Of a stretch of DNA of 64,000 nt, positions 34,883-50,294 are shown piece by piece. A program made the position numbers and the translations under genes. The notes beneath the pieces were generated by a model. That model did not search any database and was not told the origin of the DNA. It was given only the letters and a program-made list of their open reading frames with translations. The DNA lies in assembly GCA_951406725.2 (NCBI GenBank), contig OX597814.1, positions 182,032,001 to 182,096,000 on the forward strand. Reading direction: 5' to 3'. Position 1 is the first letter of the stretch. Each line of letters opens with the position of its first letter. Source of the stretch: Octopus vulgaris. Its lineage: Eukaryota.

Positions 34883-37800
34883 TTGCCGGTGACAAGTAAG
34901 CGAACCATTCGATCGTGGCCGTTGCCAGCGCCACCCCCGACTGGCCTCCGTGCCGGTGGCACGTAAAAAGCACCATCCGATCGTGGTCGTTGCCAGCCTC
35001 GCCTGGCCCCCGTGCTGGTGGCACGTAAAAAGCACTATCTGTCCGTGGCCGTTTGCCAGCCCCGTCTGGCACCTGTGCGGGTGGCACGTAAAAAGCACCC
35101 ACTACACTCACGGAGTGGTTGGCATTAGGAAGGGCATCCAGCTGTAGAAACACTGCCAGATCAGACTGGGCCTGATGCAGCCTTCTGGCTTCCCAGACCC
35201 CAGTTGAACCGTCCAACCCATGCTAGCATGGAAAGCGGACGCTAAATGATGATGATGATGATGATCTTGGCCTTTTAAACTATAATTTATAATGTTCCAA
35301 TATGCTGCAGTATTTTACATTATGAATTATACTCATATTTCATAATTTAATGTCTGTTTTCCATGCTGACATGGGTTGGATGACTTGACAGGAGCTGATA
35401 AGGCCAGAGTCTGCACCAGGTTCCACAGTCAGTTTTTGGCTTGGTTTTTGCAGCTGGATGCCCTTCATAATGCCAACCACTTTACATAGTGTATTGGGTG
35501 CTTTTTATGTGGCACCAGCATCAGTGCTTTTTATGTGGCACCAACACCAATGCTTTTTGCATGGGAAATGGTTATAAAATATAAACAAACAAGTAACAAA
35601 AAGACTTATGGATAAAATTAATTTCGTTGCAAAAAAATAACTATAAAAAGAAGTATCTGGTCATCTACCTTTCTCCTTACTTTTTCTTACAAACCTCAAT
35701 TTCTTTCACAACCTTTCAACAATTACCATTTCCTTAAAGAACTGGCTTCATCTGGAATATCAGAACTCATTTCTTCTCACAGGCATGGCTGCATGGTAAG
35801 AAGTTTGCTTCCAAACCACATGTTTGCAGGTTCAGTCCCTTAGTGTGGGACTTTGGGCAAGTGTTTTTTACTATAGCCTTGAGCTGACCAAAGCCTTGTG
35901 AGTGGATTTGGTAAATGGAAACTAAAAGAAGCCTTCTGTATTTGTGTGTGCATGCATGTGTGTGTGTGTGTGCTTGTGTCTGACTCCCCACTGCTGGATA
36001 ACCAGTTTTGGTCTGTTTATGTACCTATAACTTAATGGCTTTGGTAAAAGAGACTGCTGATAGAATAAGTACCAGACTTTAAAAAAATAAATACTGGTGT
36101 TGATTTGTTTAACTAAATCTCTTCAGGGCATGGCCCAGCATGGCCACAGTCCAATGACTGAAATGAATTACAAATAAAAGATAACTATTTTTCTACCCAC
36201 GTAAGTCATAATTCATTTCCTTGGACTTTAATTTTTACCTTTATTGTCGTTTCTTTTTATTTACCATTTCTTTTTTTATTGTTACCGTTTCTTTTTCATT
36301 ACTTGTTAAATAGATTGTGGTTAAATACATAACGGTAATGAAAAGCAACTAAATATTTAATATTTAATTAAATTTAATAATTTAATACAGCTGGAATTAT
36401 TTCATTTCTTAAATAATAAGTGAAGAAATTTAACCCTTTAGCATTCAGATTACTCTATCAAATATAATGCTTGTTCATTCACAATCGAAATCAAATTCGA
36501 TGACTGGCATCCGTGCTAGTGGAGTGCTGAGAGCACCATCTGAGTGTGATCGTTGCCAGAGCAGCAGTGTTCACTATGTGAACACTGCTAAAGGTACCCA
36601 AGGTACCAGGCAGCAAGTTAAGTATTCCACCCAGTAGACCATGGCAAGATTTGAACTCAAAACTCTAAAAACTTGAATAGAAATTGCAAGGCATCAGGTT
36701 TAGTACTCTCTGCAGTTCCACCAATTCTCTGCCTTGGATTGTTAGTTCTTTTTATTGCTTCTGAAAAGGTGAAAGGCCAATTTACTACAAGCTCCATTCC
36801 TTGCTGTGGTTTAATGGCTGTGTACATTAATGACGCTGTGAATTATGCTAGTGGTGTGCAAATTCTTGATAGGGCCTCCCATACTGGACAGGTCAATGGA
36901 TGAAGTTCAGACTAATATGGACCACCTCTTCCTACAGATAAAAATGGGTTTGTATAGAGTCAACACCCCTACCTAGAAAAAAAGCAACATTACAGAAGCA
37001 TTGATGACAACTCAAAACAAATAAGACCTGGAAGAGGAAGGCCTTCTTTTAGGGCTTAAGACCCACCCACAAAGAAGCAGAAGAGAGGATGCCCTAAAAA
37101 TAGTTGAAGGCAGGATACTGAGGTAGTGTTAAAAATGCAAGGATCCAACTGGTGAAAAAGAAAAGACAGCCCTGAGTTGAGAACTGTAGAAAAAAATTGC
37201 CTGACATGTCAAGCTAAGTACAAGTGTGGTTGCTCTTGCATACAGGCTTGCAACCCTTGCAGCCCTCTCCAGCTAAGCATCCCTAATCTCGTGGGCTTGT
37301 AAGTGCTGGTGCCACATAAAAAGCATCCATGCTGGTGCTGCATAAAAGCATTCAGTAGACTCTGTAAAGTGGTTGGCATTAGGAAGGGCATCCAACCATA
37401 GAAACAATACCAAAACAGACATGGAGCCTGAACAGCTCAACTGGTCAGCTCCTGTCAAACCGCCCAACCCATGCCAGCATGGAAAACATATGTTAAATGA
37501 TGATGATGATGATGGTCTATGCTCCATGGGGAGTGAAAGGTTTACATATGTCAGTAAATAAGCATTGTATGCAATGGTCTATTGATTCTGGCTTCTGATG
37601 AGTGAAATTTGATTTTACTATTAAACAGAACCAAATTGGCAAGCTGGCAGAATTGTTAGAGTATCAGAAAAAATTCCGTAGCAGTGTTTCTTCTGACTCT
37701 TTGCATTCTGAATTAAAACATTTCTGAGGTCAACTTTGCCTTTCTTTCCTCTGAAGTAAATAAAGTAGCAGTCAAATATTGGGATTGAAATATTACTGTG

Positions 37801-37959
37801 CTTGTGCCTAAATTAGAAACAATTAATAATGGAAAATTTTGGAGGGTATTTTCTATGAGAAGAATGGAATTATAATGAAAAGAATATGTGATTACAATGG
37901 AATTGTAAGACAGTGTATTTGTAGATACCATGATAGTTTTAACCGTACTTCTGTTAGAC

Positions 37960-38550
37960 TTTTGATCCAGGTCAAAGTTTTTTGTTAGAGAAAAATCAAA
38001 GCATGCCTTGTTAATGAGGGTTTTTTACTTTGTTAAGTAACCGTTTTGAATGGATGAGATGGTTTTCCTGTATCTTTGCAGACACGAATTGGCCTTTCCT
38101 CATTACAAAGGACTTGTATCGAATGTCATGATGCACCACAGTTCTAATAGTCCACTCTGACACCCAAAGTTCTTTAGTAATGGACCTCATTGATCTTCTG
38201 GGGTTTTCATCGACAATGTTTTGAACATGCATAAATTCCAGTGTCCTTTTAGTGTCTGAGCATTGGGGATGCTTTTTTTTCTCTCTTTGATACAGGTGAA
38301 ACATTATCATCACATGCCTCCAATTTCAACCGAACTTTGTGTACAAATGATCTTGCAACATTTAGAAAGTTGCTAATTTCTAAATCACTGTGCTTTGCAT
38401 GTATAGCAACTATGACTGCATGTCTTTTCATTTCTTGAGTTAGCATGATATCTTGAGGGGGTTATCTGAAAAAAAAAAATGATATATTAAATAATTTGAA
38501 GGTGTAATGAACTAAAGACGAAATGTCCTCAAATACCCCTTGCACCCTGT
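37960..38550 (-). mobile_element. Tc1/mariner (maT-like) transposase 5' remnant
   Basis: TA|CAGGGTGCAAGGGG terminus. KRHAVIVAIHAKHSDLEISNFLNVARSFV and DENPRRSMRSITKELWVSEWTIR are HTH motifs. Confidence 0.8.
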
Positions 38551-39451
38551 ATATATATATCATCATCATCATCGTTTAACATCCACTTTCCATGCTAGCA
38601 TGGGTTGGACGGTTCAACTGGGATCTGGGAAGCCAGAAGCTGCACCAGGCTCAGTCTGATCTGGCAGTGTTTCTACAGCTGGATGCCCTTCCTAGCGCCA
38701 ACCACTCCGTGAGTGTAGTGGGTGCTTTTTATGTGCCACCGGCACAGGAGCCAGACGAGGCTGGCAACGGCCACGATCAGATAGTGCTTTTTATGTGCCA
38801 CCGGCACGGAGGCCAGACGAAGCTGGCAACAGCCACGATCGGATGGTGGTTTTTACGTGCCACCAGCATGGAGGCCAGTCGGGGTGGCGCTGGCACCGGC
38901 CACGTTCGGATGGCTCTCTTATGTGCCACCGGCACTGGTATCACAACTATAATCATTAGCCATAGTTTGTGTAGTACAGGAAGATGTAAAGGATTGGCAT
39001 AGATTGATATGTGAGAACAAAAAATTTAGTTTGTTAGGAATAAGGTTGGGATTGATAGTTGGTGAGAAAAACTTCAATCTGCTTATCTGTAACTTACAAA
39101 ACTCACCACATTGAGGAGAGGTTTTTTTGTTTATCTCTAATTATCCTGTTCAGTTTGCTCCAGTTTGATTAGTGACTTAAAAACTGATTAAACTATTGTA
39201 ATTAAATGAGTTATATCAGCAGGTATTGCTTCTGTGATCTCAGGAGAAGCTGTGAAGGGAATTATGATCAAAGGTCTTCCATTCAGAACTGTTCTGTTTC
39301 TTTTCCTACAAACTACATTGGTCAATGTATTCTTCCATTTTTAAGGTGGCAGATTGTGATTCAAGGGAATTTGATTGCTATTTCTGTTTGGTCAAATGGC
39401 TATGCAGAACAGTCATGGGCAACCTTTGGCTCATGGGTACTTCAGAAGGAT

Positions 39452-39802
39452 CTGCACCTTTTCAAACTCCATCTGTCTAACACCCGTGGACATGTTTACA
39501 AAGTCAGAAAACAGCACAGCTCCCATGACTTTCGGAAACATTTTTTCACGCTAAGAGTTGCTGAAGCATGGAACAAACTACCGGCATCAGTTGTTAGTTG
39601 TTGGAGCACTGCATCCTTCAAAACTTCCATGCTTCCTGACATTCCTGATTTTCTCCCCTCCATACACACGCAAGCATGTATCTGACTCATACACTGTTCG
39701 CTTTCCAGACATTTGTACATTACTGCATATGCTTTATACGCACTTTTGACAAGTTGTGGTGCACCTGGGCACTGTATACAATAATTTCATTATTATTATT
39801 AT
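39452..39802 (+). mobile_element. CR1-clade LINE 3' end
   Basis: NTRGHVYKVRK...RKHFFTLRVAEAWNKLPASVV...SFK followed by an (ATT)n tail. Sibling copies at 42279-42346 (+) and 48628-48886 (-). Confidence 0.85.
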
Positions 39803-40184
39803 AACCACCTGTCATTTCTTCTGTTAGACTGAATGACATGCCTGACAAAAAAATGACCATCACTTTTTTTAATAGTGTGGCCCACCTGATGATTAGCCAT
39901 GTCTCATGTGGCTCACTTCTTGTTAACGGTTGCCCAAGCCTGATGTAAAGATTAGCAAATTTGTTAGAGTTAAAGAGAAAATTTCTTACAACATTTATTC
40001 CAGCTCTTTATATTTTGCTTAAAACCTTTGATCCTTTTGGGTTTGAAATAAAGTATCAGTAACTACTAGATTCTCTTTAGTACCCATTAACTCTTCCCTC
40101 AAAATTATTGGCCTTGTGTCTAAATCAGAAAAAAATTGTTGTTATTATCATTATCACTATTATTATCATTGTTATTTATTATTA

Positions 40185-41720
40185 CAAGGTGGTGAATTGT
40201 TAGCATGCCAGACAAAATGCTCAGTGGCATATCGTCTGTCCTAATGTTCTGAGTTCAACTTTACCTTTCATCCTTTCGGGGTTGATAAAGTAAGAACCAG
40301 TTGAGTACTGGGGTCAATGTAATTGATTTATCCCCTCCTGCAAAATTGCTGGCCTTGTGCCAAAATTTGAAGCCATTATTGTTGTTGTTGTTGTTCTTAT
40401 TATTATAGTTATTGTTGTTGTTATCATTATTATTATTATTATTATTATTACAAAGTGGTGAGCTGGCAGAATCATTAGTGTGCAAGATAAAATGCTTAGT
40501 GGCGTTTTGTCTGTCTTTACTTTCTGAGTTCAAATTCTGCCAAGGTTGACTATGTCTTTCATCCTTTTGGGGTTGATGAAATAAGTACCAGTTGCATACT
40601 GGGGTAGGTATAATTGACTTACCCCCTCCCACAAAATTACTGGCCTTGTGTCAAAATTTGAAACTATTATTATGAGGATTGAGGGGGTGTGCTGGCAAGG
40701 CATAGGAGTGGCTGTGTGGTAAGTAGCTTGCTTACGAACCACATGATTCCAAGTTCAGTTCCACTGCGTGGCACCTTGGGCAAGTGTCTTCTACTATTGC
40801 CTCGGGCAAACCAAAGCCTTGTGAGTGGATTTGGTAGACGGAAACTGAAAGAAGCCCTTCGTATATGTGTATATATATGTATGTGTGTGTATATGTTTCT
40901 GTGTCTGTGTTTGTCCCCTTCACATCATTTGACAACCGATGCTGGTGTGTTTACATTCCTGTAACTTAGCAGTTCGGCAAAAAGGGACTGATAGAATAAG
41001 TACTAGGCTTGCAAAGAATAAGTCCTGGGGTCAATTTCCTCGACTAAAGGCGGTGCTCCAGCATGGCCACAGTCAAATGACTGAAACAAGTAAAAGAGTA
41101 TGCCAGGCAAAATGCTTAGTGGTATTTTGTCCATCTTTACATTCTCAGTTCAAATTCCGCCAAGGTTGACTATGCTTTTCATTCTTTCGGAGTCAGTAAA
41201 TTAAGTACCAGTTGAGTGCTGGGGTTGATGTAATTGACTTGACCCTTCCCCTAAAATTTCAGGCCTTGTGCTTATAGTAGAAAGTATTATTATTTAGCGG
41301 TAAGCTGGCAGAATTGTTAGCATGCTGGGCAAAATGTTTAGCGGCATTTTGCCTCTCTACATTCAGAGTTCAAATTCTGCTGAACTTGACTTTGCCTTTC
41401 ATCCTTTCGGGGTTGATAAAATAAGTACCAGTTGAATATTGGGGTTGATGTAATCGACTCCTCTCCTCACTCAAAATTTGCTGCCCTTGTGGCAAAATTC
41501 AAAATTATTATCATTATTATTATTATTATTATAGCAAAGATGGTGGATTGCAAAATCATTTCTGTTTAGGAAAACATGCCTTGTGACATTTGTTCCAGCC
41601 CTTTAATTTCTGCTGAGATCAACTTTGCCTTTCATCCTCTCAGGGGTTGATAAAAAAAATATACTAGTCAAATAATGAGCTGATTTAATGAATTAACCCT
41701 TGTCCCCTCAAATTTCTGAA
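40185..41720 (+). mobile_element. Cluster of about 5 same-orientation Deu/Nin-core-like SINE units separated by (ATT)n, with a family A SINE inserted
   Basis: Repeated gagctggcagaat...gagttcaaattc...tttcatcctttcggggttgataaa units. Confidence 0.8.
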
Positions 41721-42544
41721 TCTGTAAGAAGGGCAATAACTTTGCTTTAGCTGAGATTCTTAAGAGCAGGCTACTTCTGATATGTTATGTCTGAATGAAT
41801 GAGATTAAATATTGACATATTCCAGTTAACATGTATAATTATTTAACCCATTTACTTCTAAAAGTTATGGTTATTTCAGTTATGATGTTAAATATATTTT
41901 GTCATAAGCAGTCAAAATACGGACAGCCTTTGACTTTTTCTATCCAAAAGGGGTTTTCAGCCCAATAGTTACATGTTGTTGTTTATAGTTTTGTGTGACA
42001 TGGTACATGCCATAGAACAGGTGATAATTTTCAGTGAATGACTGTCACGTTTTGATTTCAGTTGTCTGTTAAGTTACTTGACATGATTTCTAGATTTGCC
42101 TCAACCCGTCTGGAATGGGACTGGGAAATGGGGGGTGTTGGGATGATGGGCTGTGATGTATATGTCTATATATCTATGTATATAACTTCTGTTTTTTTGG
42201 TGCGGGGCACTTCCTTAATTTGCTAGAGGTGGTAACTGAATTCTCTCTGAATCATATTCTACCATCTTTAAAGTGTTTTATATGCACTTTTGACAAGTTG
42301 TGGTGCACCTGAGCATTGTATACAATAATTTCATTATTATTATTATATCAGTAAAATTGTCATATCTCAACAGAAAATAGTTTCAAACATGACATTCCTC
42401 AACAAAAGATAGATTGGTATATAAAACTGCTTTTTGCAGTTAAGGGTAATGCAATTTTGAGTGGATTTATCTAATTGCCAAAGTAAAAGGGTTCAGTAAC
42501 TTTTGTTTACATTTTTAGATATAAAAAGTTGTCTTTATCTACAA

Positions 42545-42934
42545 CTAGCAGTATCGCCCGGCGTTGCTTGGGTTTGTTTCGACCCTTTAGAATTGGAATT
42601 TTTGAAAAGTAAAAATTTTGCATTATGTAGCTTGTTATTCTCTTTAAGTGAACATTTTCTGGTTGAAATATACCGATAAATGGTGACACAGCAGTAAAAA
42701 AAATCGTAAAGAATAGGGATTTTCATAGAAAAAAAGCACCTTTTTTATGTAAATAATTTTTGGTGTTAACATGGTCCGATTTGAATTTTTTCTTCTACGG
42801 AAGAAAAAGCAAGCCTTCTTCTATCATACTCTCAGTTTTGGTCAACTTGTGCCGTAGGGTCTCAGAGGAGATAGTGTTAGTTGAAGGCTACCAAACCTGC
42901 CATACACAGACAACTTCAGCCTCATATATATAGA
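42545..42934 (-). mobile_element. Non-autonomous Helitron
   Basis: 5' TC(TATATA) start; 3' hairpin CCCAAGCAACGCCGGG then CTAG|T. A similar 3' end is at 32339-32368. Confidence 0.75.
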
Positions 42935-44350
42935 GGTGTCTCTTACACTGGCTATGAGCAGAACAACACAAAACTTTCTTGAACGAAAAAAAAAATGAGA
43001 AAGAAACAAAACAAATAGCTGATATCAGATTTAAATGTACTTTATTACTTGAAAAAGGATATTATTTGTAAGTATGATACAATAACTTAAAGAAGTAACA
43101 TAATAATGAGGGGGGTTAAGAGGTGAGAACAACAGACTTTGTAAAAAAAAATACGAATTGACATTTAATGACAACAAACTTAATATCACACTATTATCAA
43201 ATATCAAACAGACTTCCCACTGCATTTTATTTTAAATTCATTTTAATTCTAGTGTTTCTCATCCTTGCTTGTTTTAACTTGAGTAAATTGGTCTGAAAAT
43301 GATTTGAGCTTCTCAAATTATCCAAGATTTATGGTAATAGTTATACTGTGCTTCATTCACTAATGAGGTCTAACAAGGCCAAATGATGTCCACAGTTGTT
43401 TAACATACTTCCAGGCATCAAACTCCCCATTGCATTTCTATTTTAATTCAACTAAATTTCAAGTGTTGTCTCCACTGTCTGTCTTGACTAGATTTAGTCA
43501 TTATGATAGTGAGTTGTTTTGTCATTAAGGGTAATTTTAATTAATGATAATTTCTTAGGTTAATGAGCTGTTTAATGTAGCATCTAACTTACTTGGATAG
43601 TGGACATTTTATAAAAACAAAAATTCTTCCTTACTGTTGGTTTTAGCAGCAGGAAGAGTTATAATAAAATATGTGAACAAAAACAAGTCATTCATAAAAA
43701 TAAAGCTTGAATTCGAATTTTGATACTTTATTTTATTAACACTGATATGATGAAAGGCAAAGTTGACCTCAACTAGATTTGAATTCAGAGCATAATTAAC
43801 TTAACTCTTTAGTTACCATATTTCTGTTGAAATAAAATGTCTTTGCTTAATCTAATTTCGAAAATTATAAAGAATTTAGTTAACTAATTTTGTCATTATG
43901 AAGTTGGTATTTTGAACATTGATTAACATGACATTTTGAATGGAAAGTTTTAATTGAGATAACTTTAAAACAGGAAATTTGTATCATAGAACCAAGGGTT
44001 AATTGAAAATTTGAAAATGGTAGAAAAAAAGCAAGAAGGAGGATAAATTTCTTTTTGTTAGCATTAACTGCATGTTTTCTTGTTGATGAAGTGGTTGGTT
44101 TTTGTCATTTAAAAAACACTGCTCTCAGAGTTCATGTGAACCTTTAAATTTTCAGTTTGATACTGAATTAAGGTATATTAAATTTTTTTCTCCTTAATTT
44201 TTGTATCTATTTTTCTTTTCATTTTTTGTGCAAATTTCAGCAAAATACGAGTATAAACAAATTCAAGTTTAATGGTATTAATAAAATGACTTATAAGAAA
44301 TCCATCATGTTATGAGTTTTCTATGTTAAAAATATAATAAAAATAAATAA

Positions 44351-44600
44351 ATGCGCCCTTTTAAAGCGTAACCAGGCTCATGGGCCCGGTTTCCCAGTTT
44401 CAATGGCGTATGTGTTCCCTGGCTGGATGGGACGCAAGTCCATCACAGCGTTACTCATTTTTGCCAGCTGAGTGGACTGGAGCAACGTGAAATGAAGTGT
44501 TTTGCTCAAGAACACAACACGTCACTCAGTCCAGGAATCGAAACCACAATCTTATTATCATGATGCTGACATCCTAACCACTAAGCCATGTGCCTCCACA
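44351..44600 (-). mobile_element. tRNA-derived SINE (family C)
   Basis: A/B boxes TGGCTTAGTGG and GGTTTCGATTCC. Related pieces at approx. 45060-45370, 57860-57965 and 63650-63750. Confidence 0.75.
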
Positions 44601-45651
44601 TGTTAAAAATATATTGAATACAAATAGGACTACATAAGATATGTATCTCTCATAACGGGAAAAAATAACCAACTAAACATTAACCATATATAACAAATTT
44701 TAACAAATGTGAATTTTTATGCCAGTTTTTGTGAATTTACCTGAACTGCATATTTAAACAAGCTTATGGTTTCTATTTACCAGAAGTTTACCGTGGCTAG
44801 AGCAAATGGTAACATTTTGGTGAATATTTTAAAATATTAATGACTAAAAATGGAAAATGAGTGTAAAATAGCAAAAGAAAAATATAGATATTAATGTCTG
44901 GAAATAAATTTGTTTTAAGAACGTATTAGTACTTGGTAGTTATTTTGCCATTTCCACTTCAAAAACTGTAACTACAATTTATTGAGGTTAAAGTGTTGTA
45001 ATAATCACAGTGTCATACTATATGGACTGTCTTGCAGTAGGAATAAAAGGTAAATAGTAAAGATCCCCTTTGGTCATAACCATGGGATTGCACCCAGAAA
45101 GTTACCCTTAGAGGCACAAAACTTGGCAAGGTTGTTTATGGAAAACCAGCAGTCATCCATGCATACCAGCCTCCCCTCTCCATGCCACCAATGTTATCTA
45201 AGGGAAAGGCAAAGACTTGGCACCAGTGACGTCACAACTCATTGTGAACTGGAGCAAATTGAAATAAAGTGCCTTACTCAAGAACACAACACACAGCCCA
45301 GTCCAGGAATCAAACTCACTACCTTATGATTGCGAGCCCAACACTCTAATCACTGAGGCATGCACCTTCTACAGTAGGAATATCATCCAGATATATATAT
45401 ATATATATAACAATTACTTCTACAAAACAAAAGGAACTAATGAGGAAGCCTTTATGCTGTTGCTCAACCTGCTTGAAATAGAAACCAAATTTCACTCTCA
45501 TCACATCTTTAAATTTTTAACGAAAGAAAAGCTAATGAAATCAAGACAGTATTGTCATGATTGCAATGTTTGTGGATTATATACCTGCTAAATTTCATTA
45601 AATACTCACATTTTAGAAAAAAGTATGTGTGTTTTTTTGTCTGTGTATGTA

Positions 45652-45687
<36 letters not shown>

Positions 45688-46239
45688 TGTGTGTGTATGT
45701 TTATGTTCATTTGCATGTGTGTGTGTCTTTGTTATGAATGTTTTGTCTTTCTAAGTGTTCTATGTATGTCTACTTTATATGTTTATGCGCAATCTGCTGT
45801 TTGTGCATTCTTTACACTTTGTCATCTAGAAAATTCGAGAACTATAATGTGTGGACATAATAATGTATTGTGCATACAGTTGACATGGAGATATAGCTAT
45901 CAAATTCTCATGAATCTTGTACACCCAGTATGCTTTTTCGTATGCTATTGATCAATTGAGTAAACCTATCTGTAATGTACCTATAATGACTACTGGAAAC
46001 AGCTGTGATCCAAATCTAATCTAATAAAGGAAAAATATGTAATGATCATTATTTATACCTTGTCTTACATATCACTCTGTGTAAAAGTCAGTATAACTGG
46101 AACACAACCATGGATTTACAATACAGAATTGTGATGAACCATAACCTTGGATCCTAACATAAGAATACTTGGAGTTCTTCACTAATCTAAACAATATTGT
46201 TAGCTTGGTGTGCCAACAGAGAACTTATGAAGTATTTTG

Positions 46240-47515
46240 CCTGGACTGATAAACCCTCACACCCTGTGAGCTCCTTTATGCTCATGGCCTTGCTCTAATA
46301 GCTGAGTCAATACCAGAACTAGAGAAGTTAAAAGTGTGGAAGCAAGGTCTAGAATCAAAGAGCCTTTGAGTTAACCTAGCAAAAACCAAAGTTTTAGTAG
46401 GAAGGCAGACAAATCACAAATCCCCTCAGTAGACGGCCCTGCTTGATCAGTAGAAAAGGCGTAGGTAGAAATTCCTTAAGGTGTATCCGGTGTAAGTTAT
46501 GGACACATAAGAAGTGCAGCAATATCAAAGGAAGGTTAACTGGGAAGATAGTTTTTGGGCATAGGGGCAATAAACACTGAAAATGTACAGAAAACAGATT
46601 CCATCACATGCCAGGGAAAAAACCTAGAAGCAATTGATAGTTTCCTTTACCTAGGTGACTAAGAGAGCAGTAGGGGTAGATGTTCTGAGAGCTTAGCTGC
46701 TAGAATAAGAATAGGCTGGGCAAAGTTCAGAGAGCTCCTACCTCTGTTGGATGTGTAATGTCAGTGTGCATACACGGCAGAGTGTAAGCACCCTGAGAGA
46801 AAAGTTGGACATAAGAAACATCAGATGTGGTGTGCAAGAGAGACCTCTGTAATGGTATGATTATGTAATGCGTATTAATGAGGACAGCTGTGTGAAGAAG
46901 TATCACACCCTAACAGTGGAGGGGACCTGTGGAAGAGGTAGACTCAGGAAGACATGAGATGAGGTGGTGAATCATGACCTTCGAACGTTGGGCCTCACAG
47001 AGGCAATGACAAGTGACTGAGCTCTTTAGAGATATGCTGTGCTTGAGAAGATCTGGCGAGCCAAGTGAGATTATAGTCATGGCCAATAACAATGTCACAT
47101 AGCTGGCCTGTTTAAAAGCATCCTTCAATCCCTGGCTTGTGAAAGCCTGTTGAACCGAGTGAAATCATAGTCATGGCCGATGCCAGTGCCACCTGACTAG
47201 CACCTGTGCTGGTGGCACGTAAAAAGCACCATTAGAGCATGGCTGATGCTAGTGCTGCATGACTGGACCCCATGCTAGTGGCACATAAAAAGCACATTCA
47301 AGCATGGTCAATGCCAGCGCCGTCTGACTGGCTCCTTGTGCAGATGGCACGTAAGAAGCACCCACTACACTCTCAGAGTGGTTGGCATTAGGAAGGGCAT
47401 CCAGCTGTAGAAACCTTGTCAAATTAGATTGCAGCCTGGTGCAGCCTCCAGTCAAACCATCAGACCCGTGCTAGCATGGAAAGTGGACGTTAAACAATGA
47501 TGAGGATGATGATAG
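46240..47515 (+). mobile_element. RTE LINE 3' portion with internal deletion
   Basis: Reverse-complement homolog of 24517-26100, ending in GATGAT repeats. Confidence 0.85.
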
Positions 47516-49854
47516 TACACATACACTCTGATTGTATTTATGTGTGACAGAGTGCTAGTGTATTGAGAAAAAAGTTAGGCATTAGAAGAATTAGATGTAA
47601 TGTGCAAAAGAGAAGTCTGTGCTGGTTTGGTCATGTGATGCATATGGATGTTGATAATTGCAGACAGATGGATGGAACTTGTGGAAGAGGGAGACCCAGG
47701 AAGACATAGGATGAAGTATTGAAGGCTGATCTCAAGACACTAAGCCTTATGAAGGAGATGACAAAGGACTGAGACATCTGGTGCCTTGCTGTGCTCAAGA
47801 AGACCCATCCATTACAGCGGAATTGATACCGGCACTGACACCACATAAAAAGTACTGGTGTCGATTCCACGTTAAAAGTACTGCTGCTGGTACCACATAA
47901 AAAAGCACCCAGTACACTGTGTAAAGTGCTTTACACAACAAATTCTGATATAATTGTAATCTACACCGTCTGAGACGTATATGTAGAAAAGTTTATTCAC
48001 AAATTATCCATGTTTCAGAAAGTTACCACAGACACATACACACACATATATATATATACATATCTGTCTATATACCTATCTATCTGTCTGTCTGTCTATC
48101 TATCTAGCTATCTACCTATCTACACACACACACAAATATATACATGCTATGTATATGTATATATATGCATATCATCATCATCATTTAACGTTTTCCATGC
48201 TGGCATAGGTTGGATGGTTTGACAGAAGCCAACAAGCCAGGGGCTACGTCTGGCACCTGTCTGGTTTGGCATAATAGACATTGTTATATTTTTATGATTC
48301 TATAGACCTTGGTGCAAATTGACTGGGAACCTGGGGCCCATCAAAATTGTTCCCAATTGGACCCTGCACCTCTTAAGGCCAGCCTTGCCCTGAGGTATAC
48401 CACTTATTATAGGAGACTTTGCAGAGAGAAAACCATTTGCAGCAACAGATTGATTTCTACCCCATAACATGATTTTCTCACATCACACACATCTAAAATT
48501 GTAGAATGCATTATCTAAAAAAGAATAATTTCATATCTTGAGGAAAACAACTTCTTAGAATATATGCAGCATGGTTTTCAGGCTTGACAAAGTTGCTTGA
48601 CACAACTATTAGAGCACCATAACACTATAATAATGATAATGAAATTATCGTATACATTTCTCAGGTGCACCACAATTTGTCAAAATGCGTATAAAGCATA
48701 TGCAGTAATGTACAAATGTCTGGAAAGTGAACAGTGTATGAGTCAGATACATGCTTGCGTGTGTATGGAGGGGCGAAAATCAGGTGTAGTGTTGGCGAAT
48801 CTCAGGAAGCACGGAAGTTTTGAAGGATGCAGTGCTCCGACAACTAACAACTGATGCTGGCAGTTTGTTCCATGCTTCAGCAACTTCAATAATCTTTTGA
48901 GAGGAATGGACATTGACTGCATATATCTTTATTTTGCTAAAACATTTAATAAAGTTGATCATGGTATCATCTGTCATGGGAAAAGGGTAGTTTAATTCTC
49001 TGAACACCAGCCAAACTGGGCATTAAATCAAATGGATTATTAGTGTTATTTTGAGAATTTCATAATTAACATCATTTTTGTTGTTGTTTTGATGACATGT
49101 AATAAAGAGCTTTTGGCCTTGCCCACAATATATTTGGTGTTTTATGGCAGTTTTATGATCTATTGAAATAAGACTTATTTTTATTTTTCATTTGATTACA
49201 ATTAATAAAATAATTCAGTTTCATGAATTGTTTCAATAATTATAGAAGTACATTAGTAAAAATTTATTAGATGACAAATAAAAGTAGAGTAATTGAGGAA
49301 ACCTGGGATCACAAGGAGAGGAATGTGATCTGGGACTCTGAGAATCATTGATCTAGCACATGATAGCATAGAAAAATTAATGAATGCAGGTGTGGGTGTG
49401 TAGTTAAGAAGCTCGTTTCCTAGTCATGTGGTCTTGGGTTCAGTCCTACTGCACAGCAGCTAGGGCATGACCAAGGCCTTGTGAGTAGATTTGCTAGATG
49501 GAAACTGAAAGAAGCCCATATGTGTGTCCGTGTGCACCCTGATCTTGATGTCATGGGGTGGTTGTAAATGGAAACAAACACCCTCACTTGAGGTACTCAC
49601 CTCATACAAGTGAGGTTGTTTGTTTCCAGTCTTCCATGAAAAACGTCCAGATTTGGGAAAATATTACCTTACTTGGAAACAAGTGATGGTTGGTGAGCAG
49701 AAGGGCATCCAGTTGTAGAGAATCTGTCTCAACAAATTCATCTGACCCATGCAAGCAAGGAAATCGAATGCTAAATGATGATGATGATGATGCGGTGCAC
49801 CAGCATGGCTGCAGTCTAATGACCGAAACAAGTAAAAGACAAAAGATATATATA

Positions 49855-49985
49855 TAGGGAGGGTCAAAAGTCACGCACCAAGATTAAAACTCATTTAATA
49901 TATCTTGCACATAATGATAATAATAATAACGTAATATAAATAAAATGCCAAATGTTTTTGTGCGTGACTTTTGGCCCACCCTCTA
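49855..49985. mobile_element. Short Tc1/mariner MITE
   Basis: GGGTCAAAAGTCACGCAC...GTGCGTGACTTTTGGCCC TIRs in TA context. Confidence 0.7.
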
Positions 49986-49989
49986 TGTT

Positions 49990-50031
<42 letters not shown>

Positions 50032-50212
50032 GTGGTTCGGCAAAAGAGACCGATAGAATAAGTACTAGGCTTACAAAGAATAAGTCCTGGGATCGATTTG
50101 CTCGACTAAAGGCGGCGCTCCAGCATGGCCACAGTCACATGACTGAAACAAAAGAGTATATATTATATTTTATATATATTATATTATATATTATATTTTA
50201 TATATATATATA

Positions 50213-50294
<82 letters not shown>

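Noticed and set aside
37590-37635. CTGATGA followed by a GTGAAA/TTTTAC stem
   Set aside because: No GAAA, stem III or cleavage triplet follows; too degenerate.
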